Of a stretch of 62,771 bases of DNA, positions 45,737 to 53,239 are shown piece after piece (the stretch's first letter is position 1; every line of letters starts with the position of its first letter). The translations under genes and the position numbers were made by a program. The notes under the pieces were generated by a model that saw only the letters and a program-made list of their open reading frames with translations, searched no databases and was not told the DNA's origin. Source of the DNA: a virus (Duplodnaviria > Caudoviricetes); the IMG/VR virus record IMGVR_UViG_3300036980_000377, positions 1 to 62,771 of that record; one strand, 5' to 3'.

Positions 45737-46159
45737 ATGGAGATCTTGGTCAAACCCCTTTACTCGTATTCCAAACCACCTATTAAAAAACGGAGAGCAG
45801 ATGCCGGTTGGGACTTATATTCTCATCAGCCCTACCTGGTCAAGCCTGGAGAAACGATTAAGTTGGATTGTGGTGTAGCTATTTGGATTCCGGATGGTTT
45901 TGCGGGAATTATATTTCCAAGAAGTTCGTGGAGAGAAAAGGGACTCTTATGTCAGTCCGTCTATGATCATGGTTTCACCGGAGCTGTGGAGCCATTTACA
46001 ACGAATGCTTCAAGTGAAGATATTGAAATTCCAACAGGTGAGCGAATCTTGCAACTCATGTTCATGCACGTGCAGTTGGGAGGTCGCATTAGGTTGGTTA
46101 AAGAACTCCCGATTTCGGATCGGGGTATAGCTGGAGCAGGAAGCACTGGAAAAAAATAA
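45737..46159 (+). CDS. dut: trimeric dUTPase
   Basis: DAGWDL, PRSS, YDHGFTG, GERILQL, RGIAGAGSTG. Confidence 0.9.
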   Translation: MEILVKPLYSYSKPPIKKRRADAGWDLYSHQPYLVKPGETIKLDCGVAIWIPDGFAGIIFPRSSWREKGLLCQSVYDHGFTGAVEPFTTNASSEDIEIPTGERILQLMFMHVQLGGRIRLVKELPISDRGIAGAGSTGKK

Positions 46160-46180
46160 TCTTTATCGTGGGAGGCATCA

Positions 46181-46945
46181 ATGGCAAAGTTACACGAAGT
46201 TTTGGCAGTGGACAAAGACCTCGAGCAAGTAGTGGCGAAGGTCGTTGGGGAGGCCGTCGTAACCTTCACCAAGAAAGTGGATCACTTCACCGGCCACGTC
46301 CGCACTCTGAGAATGTTTGATGAGAAGCGGAAGGATGAAGAGGCCGGTCAGGGTGAAGTAAAAGAATTAACCACAACCATTCCCGCAAAGCTGACCTATG
46401 TGGCGGAGCACGTCATTCGTCATTACGACGCTCTGGCTCAGAAGGAGGCGACTAACCAGTTAGCCAAAGCCGACGTCAAGATGCCCGATGGCTCCTTGCT
46501 CTTAAAGGACATTCCGGCGACGTTGCTTTTAGGCTTGGAAAACAAACTCGCCAGACTCCGGGAAATGTATGATTCCATTCCCACGCTGCAACCTGGAGTT
46601 GAATGGGCTCCTGAGCCTCAGGCTGCGTTAAAGGGTGTTTACAAGGCGGTTCACGACGAGGTCAGCTTAAAGTCTGAGAAGGATTTCAACTTCCGGATCC
46701 TCGTGGCGCCCACTGACAAGCACCCCGCTCAAGTTGAGAAGTGGAACGTCGACAAGCCCGTCGGGGAGTATACTCGTAAGCGGACTTCGGGTATGCTCAC
46801 TCCCAAACAAAAGTCTGACTTACTGGGTCGTCTCGACGATCTTATTTCCGCGGTGAAACAAGCCCGCTCACGTGCCAACGTCCAGGAGGTTCAAGAGCTT
46901 GCGGTGGGCAAAGTTATCTTTGACTACCTGCACCAGGGGCTTTAA
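46181..46945 (+). CDS. conserved uncharacterised protein (MAKLHEVLAV...AVKQARSRAN type)
   Basis: GGAGG RBS; TDKHPAQV motif; followed by a structured RNA. Confidence 0.75.
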   Translation: MAKLHEVLAVDKDLEQVVAKVVGEAVVTFTKKVDHFTGHVRTLRMFDEKRKDEEAGQGEVKELTTTIPAKLTYVAEHVIRHYDALAQKEATNQLAKADVKMPDGSLLLKDIPATLLLGLENKLARLREMYDSIPTLQPGVEWAPEPQAALKGVYKAVHDEVSLKSEKDFNFRILVAPTDKHPAQVEKWNVDKPVGEYTRKRTSGMLTPKQKSDLLGRLDDLISAVKQARSRANVQEVQELAVGKVIFDYLHQGL

Positions 46946-46949
46946 AGCT

Positions 46950-47270
46950 TAGGGCTAAGCTTATCGTCAGGTTGATCGTTGCTGTCCCAGTGGGTGAAAC
47001 TATGAAATCACCCACGAACTTATCGTAATGAGCCCTCAAACTGACGGCAACATGCATTCTGATTAGGCGGTGCGATGAAAACCAACTGCAGATAAGGGTT
47101 CGAATCCCTTCTTGGCCTCCATAACTACTAAGTTTGTGAGGAACTTTACATACGGCCAAGTCGTTCAATGGGAGGACATGTAGTCCTGTTATCCTCACGC
47201 TTCGCACGCGATGAAAGGAATGTTGGCCACAATTACGCATGGAATGCTAATCCATCTACGTGATTGATTA
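46950..47270 (+). ncRNA. structured RNA with circularly permuted tRNA-like domain (YrlA-like); ends approximate
   Basis: T arm AAGGG-TTCGAAT-CCCTT (47094-47110), acceptor CTTGGCC(47111)/GGCCAAG(47154), D arm GTTC/GGAC (47163-47177), closed by ACTGCA(47085)/TGTAGT(47179). Confidence 0.65.
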
Positions 47271-47274
47271 CACC

Positions 47275-47313
47275 GGGGAGGAGGATAGGGTAATCTTCCT
47301 CCCCACTTTTTTT
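47275..47313 (+). terminator. rho-independent terminator
   Basis: GGGGAGGAGGAT...ATCTTCCTCCCC followed by T7. Confidence 0.85.
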
Positions 47314-47398
47314 AACTCTTTTGGAGGGACTTATGTGAAAGGTAACGATGGAAGAGACAAATTCTAAGTATCCAATCTTAATTTTAATGAGGTAGAAT

Positions 47399-48133
47399 AT
47401 GGCTGGTAATGAATCTTGCATCGTTCTTCTTTCGGGAGGAATGGATAGTACTACTCTGTTGGCTGAAGCTGTCCAGCGATTTCAAAAAGTTAGAACTCTT
47501 ACGTTTAATTACAATCAACGACATAAGCGGGAAATCGAGTCCGCGAAGACTGTTTCGGACTTCTATAAAGTTCCGAATAAGGTTGTTGATATCACCATGA
47601 TCAATCCCCTTCTTCAAGGTTCTTCCCTTACGTCAGATGAAGTTGACGTTCCGAAAGGACACTACGAAGAGAAGTCCATGCAAGCAACAGTTGTCCCTGG
47701 AAGGAACACCATCCTTTTAAGTATCGCGGCCGGACATGCGGCAAGTCTAGGGTATTCTCATGTTTCCTTTGCAGCGCATGCAGGAGACCATGCAATCTAT
47801 CCGGATTGCAGAGGGGAGTATGTTGATGCGATGAATAAAGTGCTCAGCCTCTTTCATTACTTTCCCGTAAAAGTTTGGGCTCCCTTTCTCTTTGGTACTA
47901 AGGTTCAAATCATCCAAGCGGGGCTTGAGATGAAAGTACCATATCAATTGACTTGGACATGCTATGAGGGTAAAGAGTTAGCGTGTGGAAAGTGTGGGAG
48001 CTGCGTTGAACGTATTGAAGGTTTTATGTTGAATCAAGTCGTTGATCCCGTTCAATATGAAGGCGGCTGGGAGACTGCAAGTCAAGCCGCAATGTCGATT
48101 TTAAGATCCGGTGCCAAATCTTCAGTTCTATAA
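47399..48133 (+). CDS. queC: 7-cyano-7-deazaguanine synthase
   Basis: LSGGMDST, YNQRH, VPGRN, YPDCR, TWTCY, CGKCGSC. Confidence 0.95.
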   Translation: MAGNESCIVLLSGGMDSTTLLAEAVQRFQKVRTLTFNYNQRHKREIESAKTVSDFYKVPNKVVDITMINPLLQGSSLTSDEVDVPKGHYEEKSMQATVVPGRNTILLSIAAGHAASLGYSHVSFAAHAGDHAIYPDCRGEYVDAMNKVLSLFHYFPVKVWAPFLFGTKVQIIQAGLEMKVPYQLTWTCYEGKELACGKCGSCVERIEGFMLNQVVDPVQYEGGWETASQAAMSILRSGAKSSVL

Positions 48134-48359
48134 AGGATACTCAACAGAGAAGTCTTTACGGAAAGTAATCAGTTGGTCTTGTCCTTTTTGTGGGCGGAAA
48201 CACAATCAAGAGACTCTTCCCCCACCGACTTGTTTTCTGATGTCCTGTAAAGTAGGAGGTTCATTCTATCGCGTAGTTCTTGATAAACTTGATTGTCTAT
48301 GTTGCCAGAACAGCTACTCCTGTAAGACCATTATTCTAGGTGCGGTTGAAACAAAGTAA
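48111..48359 (+). CDS. Cys-rich family member
   Basis: CPFC...YRVVLDKLDCLCCQNSYSC. Confidence 0.55.
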   Translation: MPNLQFYKGYSTEKSLRKVISWSCPFCGRKHNQETLPPPTCFLMSCKVGGSFYRVVLDKLDCLCCQNSYSCKTIILGAVETK

Positions 48360-48370
48360 AAAATTTTTGC

Positions 48371-48835
48371 TTGAAGGTGGACCCGATGCTTAATCAGCTT
48401 AAAGAATGTTTCGAAAAGCAAGAACTCTTTCAAATTCTAATTGAAGGCTTACAGCGGGATCTTGCAGCAGTTGTAAAGATACAAGACGCAAACGCCGACT
48501 TTGAAATGTTACCCGGCCAGATTCAATATTGGCTGAGCATGAAAGCAGAACTTGAATTTTTGAAACGTTCAATTGAGAGACAAATGAAATTGACTTCGGT
48601 TCCCCGTCTCATCGAACTCGTTAAAAAATCGAACTACGTCTCATCTAAACTTCTAGACACCGCGCTAGAAAGTATGCCTGAATACTCCCTTTTAAATGAA
48701 CACCTGTCGATGACTATCCTTGTCGTTGATATGATTCAATCCGCGGTAACTGGAATGTGGTACAAGAAAGACGCACTCGTAAATCTTACAGCATCTAAAC
48801 GTCGACAAATGGATTCGGAACGATTTGAATACTAA
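48371..48835 (+). CDS. helical protein, possibly a UvsY-like recombination mediator
   Basis: Coiled coil ending KKDALVNL; close to SSB and RecA (function inferred from context). Confidence 0.45.
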   Translation: MKVDPMLNQLKECFEKQELFQILIEGLQRDLAAVVKIQDANADFEMLPGQIQYWLSMKAELEFLKRSIERQMKLTSVPRLIELVKKSNYVSSKLLDTALESMPEYSLLNEHLSMTILVVDMIQSAVTGMWYKKDALVNLTASKRRQMDSERFEY

Positions 48836-49115
48836 AATAAAACTTCTCTCCTTTTTACCCTTTTGCATCCTGCTTGGATGTGGAACTGGAATGTCTCTAG
48901 TAGGTACATATCATTGTCCGGATGGTAAGAGTGTGACTTATGTTAAGGCTTCAGCTTCGAAGGGACTTATAGATAGAACTACTTTAATTGTCTTCGATCG
49001 ATACATGTACGATCCAAAGAAGAACGAAACTTCTCTCATCCGTTCTGATTCTACAAGTGCAACTGGCAACATTTTAGAGTCCCTTAAGGGACTTCCAACC
49101 CCAATACCTTTCTAA
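48825..49115 (+). CDS. lipoprotein
   Basis: Lipobox LLGC after a hydrophobic stretch. Confidence 0.6.
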   Translation: MNTKIKLLSFLPFCILLGCGTGMSLVGTYHCPDGKSVTYVKASASKGLIDRTTLIVFDRYMYDPKKNETSLIRSDSTSATGNILESLKGLPTPIPF

Positions 49116-49135
49116 TTTAATCGGAGGAATTTGAA

Positions 49136-49969
49136 ATGACTACTGAATTGCTCGACATGCTCAAAGGACAACTGGATCCCGACTCTTACCGTAAGTTGAT
49201 CGAGGTCCGCTCTTCAATGGAAAAACGCTTCATGCGTTTAACTGATGAGACGAACGTTACAAGAGTTCTCCCATCAATCATTCAGGGTAAACTTTGGTTC
49301 CGGGAAGTGCAGAATCACTTCCGCGTTGGTGGATTTGATAAGAAAGGAGTTACGGCGTGCAACGCCCAGGAGAATCCTCCAACTCCTTGTTTCATCTGCG
49401 ACGTGATGAACTTCATGAAACTTTCCTCGGCACCTCAAGATCAGGAATACGCTAAGGCCTTAAGGCCGAGTCGTATTTATTGGGTTAACGCGTATCATCC
49501 AAAGGCAGATATTCCGACTGTTAAAATCCTACCTTTGAGCTACACCACCTTCCAACAACTGTTCCAATTATTCTTGAGTGGAGAAGATTCATTCTTAAAC
49601 ACCGAGAATGGAGTTAACGTCATCATCAACAAGCAACCGGGTAATAAGTACTTCGTACGATTAGATCGTACTGCAAGTGCCATCGCCTCAGAAGATCTCC
49701 TAGATCAACGTCACGATCTAGAAAAGATTGCTCAAGAGCAACGCCGCTCATATGAAGAGCAAATGGCTATGTACCCCCCAGAGCTTATCAAAGCAATGCG
49801 TGATGCAGGATTCATCAAGACCCCTGGTTCTTTAGCGCCTAGCGTGACCTCAGCTCCTGCAGTAGAGGCATCTAAAGGTTCAAGTCCTGAGGACATTAAA
49901 GCTTCAATGGCTAACTTAATGGCAGCTGTTTCAAAAGCTCCAGCTGTTGGTTTAGACGAAGTAGGCTAA
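49136..49969 (+). CDS. single-stranded DNA-binding protein (T4 gp32-like)
   Basis: RVLP...HF...C..PCFIC zinc site, YWVN; GGAGG RBS; upstream of recA. Confidence 0.72.
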   Translation: MTTELLDMLKGQLDPDSYRKLIEVRSSMEKRFMRLTDETNVTRVLPSIIQGKLWFREVQNHFRVGGFDKKGVTACNAQENPPTPCFICDVMNFMKLSSAPQDQEYAKALRPSRIYWVNAYHPKADIPTVKILPLSYTTFQQLFQLFLSGEDSFLNTENGVNVIINKQPGNKYFVRLDRTASAIASEDLLDQRHDLEKIAQEQRRSYEEQMAMYPPELIKAMRDAGFIKTPGSLAPSVTSAPAVEASKGSSPEDIKASMANLMAAVSKAPAVGLDEVG

Positions 49970-49976
49970 TTCAATT

Positions 49977-49998
49977 AGGGGGGCCCATGGGCCCCCCT
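49977..49998. terminator. perfect 22-bp GC-rich palindrome (terminator or processing stem)
   Basis: AGGGGGGCCCATGGGCCCCCCT between the SSB and recA genes. Confidence 0.55.
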
Positions 49999-50011
49999 TC
50001 ATGGGGTTTTT

Positions 50012-51064
50012 ATGGCTGACGTTGTTGAAAAGAAAGAAGGAGAGGAGAAAGACAAGGACAAGGACAAGAAAGCTAAAAAGAAAGATCCTGTCTTTACCGA
50101 GGTTGATTTTGATTCTCCCGAGTGCCATTCAAATATTCGTGAGTTTATCCCAACAGGTGTTCCCACTCTTGATCTGGCGATTGGCAGACCAGGGATTCCT
50201 GTGGGTCGTACGACTGGACTGGTCGGGGATCCAGGAGTTGGGAAAAGTTCACTTACCTACTCAATTCTCGCGCAAACACAGAAGATGGGTGGGATCGCGG
50301 TTTTAAGTGACTCCGAGATTGTACTTGAAAAGTCACGAGCTCAAGTTGTAGGTTTGGATATAGAGAAGCTAATCTTATTCCAAGGATTACAACTTGAAGA
50401 TACCGTTCCTCTTATTGAGGAGATGATTGCAAAACGAAATAAGGTAAACAAAGATGCTCTTTTGTGTATCGCAATCGATACAGTTTCAGCATTGGCTAGT
50501 GAAAGCGATCTTACAGTTAAACCTGATGCTATGCCTCAGCCAGGTTTTCATTCACGGTACCTCAGCTTTGCATTTAGACGATTGGTCAACAAAATCGCAG
50601 GAAGCCGGACTGCGTTGCTTCTTGTACACCAGCCAAGAGTTAAAATCGCAACAATGGGGTACGGAAGTCCTCTTACCTGGATAGGCAAGATTCCTACCAC
50701 TCTCTACTCTTCTTTAATTATCCAGCTTAATCGTTTCAAGAACATCAAGCAAGGGGATCAGGTGGTTGGAATTGAAGTGCTTGCGAGAGTCATTCGAAAC
50801 AAAATCGCCCCACCTTTTCGTTCTTGCAAATTTTTTATCAAGTTCGATTCAGGAGTCGACGGAATCACCCCCATTCTCGATATTCTCGTTTTGGGTGGAA
50901 AACTTTCGAAGAAGGGTGGATGGTACACTACACTAGATGGTGAGAAGTTTCAAGCTGGGAGCTTCAAGGAGTACTACGGAGATCACCAAAGTGAGATTGA
51001 CGAGTGGGTAAATGAGATTATTAACTTAGTCGATCCTGAAGATTTATTAATTGAAGCTGAGTAA
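50012..51064 (+). CDS. recA: RecA/UvsX-like recombinase
   Basis: IPTGVPTLDLAIG, GIPVGR, GDPGVGKS, IDTV, RNKIAPPF, GGWY. Confidence 0.92.
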   Translation: MADVVEKKEGEEKDKDKDKKAKKKDPVFTEVDFDSPECHSNIREFIPTGVPTLDLAIGRPGIPVGRTTGLVGDPGVGKSSLTYSILAQTQKMGGIAVLSDSEIVLEKSRAQVVGLDIEKLILFQGLQLEDTVPLIEEMIAKRNKVNKDALLCIAIDTVSALASESDLTVKPDAMPQPGFHSRYLSFAFRRLVNKIAGSRTALLLVHQPRVKIATMGYGSPLTWIGKIPTTLYSSLIIQLNRFKNIKQGDQVVGIEVLARVIRNKIAPPFRSCKFFIKFDSGVDGITPILDILVLGGKLSKKGGWYTTLDGEKFQAGSFKEYYGDHQSEIDEWVNEIINLVDPEDLLIEAE

Positions 51065-51080
51065 TGAACGGGAGGGAGAT

Positions 51081-51242
51081 ATGAGTGACAATATTGAAAA
51101 GAAGGTAGCAAAGGAAGGAAGTGAATGGGTTGTGCGTGCCACATCAACTGGAAGAGTGCTGGGGCGTCACAAAACAAAAAGGGAGGCTGAGAGACAGCTA
51201 CGTGCGATAGAAGCTAATAAGCACACCCCTAAAGGAAATTAA
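51081..51242 (+). CDS. small conserved phage protein
   Basis: GGAGGGAG RBS; GRVLGRHKTKREAERQLRAIE. Confidence 0.6.
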   Translation: MSDNIEKKVAKEGSEWVVRATSTGRVLGRHKTKREAERQLRAIEANKHTPKGN

Positions 51243-51243
51243 C

Positions 51244-51555
51244 ATGGCTAATGGTCAACCTGTACTTGAAGAAGTACCCGTAGGAGAAGTCATGCCCGAT
51301 CCCCCCATTGGTTCTAAGGCAACGGTTGCGATTGAAGTTATTCGTGAACTCGCTCGTAATCTTTTAGGTATTGGAGCGGTAGCCTATATTCTTTGGATGC
51401 TAGGCCACTTCGTGGAAATTGCCACCGACAAAGAAAACGTAATGTTTCTCGTCATTGGAAACCTCACCGGCTTTCTCGCTGGAATCGGAACTTGGTACTT
51501 TGGAGGGGCTATGAGATCGGCTCTCCAGGCGTTGAGAACAAAGGCTGAGAAGTAA
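51244..51555 (+). CDS. putative holin
   Basis: Two TM segments, WYFG, basic C-terminus. Confidence 0.55.
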   Translation: MANGQPVLEEVPVGEVMPDPPIGSKATVAIEVIRELARNLLGIGAVAYILWMLGHFVEIATDKENVMFLVIGNLTGFLAGIGTWYFGGAMRSALQALRTKAEK

Positions 51556-51557
51556 TC

Positions 51558-52106
51558 GTGTCGAGTAAAGACTTAGAACAACATAAACAAGCGTTCGAGC
51601 TATACACTCAAGGTCTCACTCTCGAGGAGATTGCCTCCCAACTCGCGATCAGCCCTAACACGTTACGATATTGGAAATCCGAAAGGTGTAAGTGTACTTG
51701 TGGATTTCATGGTTGGGTTCCCTTTAAAAAGAAACTTCAAGTTCAAGTCCCTCAAGTAATCATCGACCAAGTCCAGCAAGCATTACAACCAAAGCTTACC
51801 GCACATCAAATGATTGCAGTCCTCGAAACTATTTGTGCAGACTCTCTAACGTCACCTCAAGGGCTCAAACCTAGAACCTGGCGAGAACTTCTCGAGACTT
51901 TCAAACTCATCCTCGATCTCAAGAAAATATATGGAGCGGGTGATGAGGGTGGAGAGTTTGAGATTTCCCAAACACAAAAGATCACCGGCAGAATGGATCT
52001 CCACAACTTGATTGATCAGTTTATGCATAAAGTTGAAAAAGAGGATCGGACTTCTGGAGCTGATATTGTTGGTGATCTTATGAAACTATCAACTGAAACT
52101 AATTAG
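51558..52106 (+). CDS. HTH protein, probable terminase small subunit
   Basis: AFELYTQGLTLEEIASQLAISPNTLRYWK; upstream of the large terminase. Confidence 0.6.
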   Translation: MSSKDLEQHKQAFELYTQGLTLEEIASQLAISPNTLRYWKSERCKCTCGFHGWVPFKKKLQVQVPQVIIDQVQQALQPKLTAHQMIAVLETICADSLTSPQGLKPRTWRELLETFKLILDLKKIYGAGDEGGEFEISQTQKITGRMDLHNLIDQFMHKVEKEDRTSGADIVGDLMKLSTETN

Positions 52107-52114
52107 GAGAACAA

Positions 52115-52759
52115 ATGTTCATTCCGACTTGGAAATGGGAGGGTGGAGTAGCCCTCGTAGGGGCTGAGTCTAGTGGTAAGAGTACTCTGCGTCACAAGCT
52201 TCGCTCCCAACTAGGCGTTCCCATTGTTGGAGAGATTGTTCGTGGGACATTAAAAACAATGGAACTCGAAACTCCCCCAGCTTATGGGTGTGACTTTGGA
52301 CTAACCGCTAAATTTCAAGCTACGCTTCAACAAGAACGAGAAAGAGAAGAATCTAAACACCGTTGCTTTCTAGCCGATCGAAGCTCAATTGATAGTTATG
52401 CATATACTCTCGCTTGTTGTGGTCGCGATCCAAAATCTCAAGAGTGGCTAAAAGGATTTCAAAGAGAGAGCGTGGAGTACGCGAAACGGAGGTATAAACT
52501 TTTCATTGTAGTTCCCTCCGGAAAGTTTCCTGTTGTCCCTGATGGTGTGCGTAATCCTCTAACCTTCAATGCAATGATGATGCACTATATGATTTTAGGC
52601 TTACTGTCTTCACACGATCTCCCGTACTATATCTTACAATCTGTCAATATTGATTGTAGAACTGCAGAAGTCCTCGATGTCTTACAACAGCACGAACTTG
52701 TCGAGGAAGTTGACGGAGGTTGCAAATGTGGAATTGGATTCTTAAAATCGCAGACTTGA
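52115..52759 (+). CDS. P-loop nucleotide kinase (NadR/AAA_28-like)
   Basis: GAESSGKST, ADRSSID, DGVR. Confidence 0.75.
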   Translation: MFIPTWKWEGGVALVGAESSGKSTLRHKLRSQLGVPIVGEIVRGTLKTMELETPPAYGCDFGLTAKFQATLQQEREREESKHRCFLADRSSIDSYAYTLACCGRDPKSQEWLKGFQRESVEYAKRRYKLFIVVPSGKFPVVPDGVRNPLTFNAMMMHYMILGLLSSHDLPYYILQSVNIDCRTAEVLDVLQQHELVEEVDGGCKCGIGFLKSQT

Positions 52760-53004
52760 TACGTGCCTTGTTATCACAGAAGGCGGAGTTGTCTAAAAAA
52801 CAGGAAGAGGAGAATAGGGCTCTTGAGGAACAGCGGAAGGAAATCGAAGCTAAGGTGGATGCAAAATATGATCAAGAAGAAAAGGACATTCCAAACAGTG
52901 GTGCTGAGTTGGTTGATTATTGGTCTAATCGCGGGGTGCACAGTAGCTCCCCAGATTCAACCCCAAGTACAGGTAGCGGTAAAGGAGGAACCAATTCTAA
53001 ATGA
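52726..53004 (+). CDS. putative i-spanin-like protein
   Basis: GGAGG RBS; weakly hydrophobic N-terminus plus coiled coil; overlaps a lipoprotein gene. Confidence 0.5.
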   Translation: MWNWILKIADLIRALLSQKAELSKKQEEENRALEEQRKEIEAKVDAKYDQEEKDIPNSGAELVDYWSNRGVHSSSPDSTPSTGSGKGGTNSK

Positions 53005-53239
53005 AGAATGGTTTCAAACTGAAGTAATTCCAGAAGAGCAACGCCTTGAAGTCAAACCTATGAACATGAGAGGCATTATCTGGACTTGCTTTTCTCCAGC
53101 CAGCTCTAAGGCTCTCGCGATTGAAAACAAGGAGTTAAGACGTAAGATTGAACTTATGAACACTCGGATGGCAATCCTTTATAAGAGATACTTTCATAAA
53201 GATCATCCGACATGGAAACTACCTGATACGACTAAATAG
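52868..53239 (+). CDS. putative o-spanin lipoprotein
   Basis: MIKKKR...LIAGC lipobox; partly nested in the preceding gene. Confidence 0.55.
   Translation: MIKKKRTFQTVVLSWLIIGLIAGCTVAPQIQPQVQVAVKEEPILNEEWFQTEVIPEEQRLEVKPMNMRGIIWTCFSPASSKALAIENKELRRKIELMNTRMAILYKRYFHKDHPTWKLPDTTK

Noticed and set aside
46950-47270. tmRNA, one- or two-piece
   Set aside because: The acceptor helix GGCCAAG/CTTGGCC lacks the G3:U70 alanine identity pair, a real D stem is present, and no convincing tag peptide was seen
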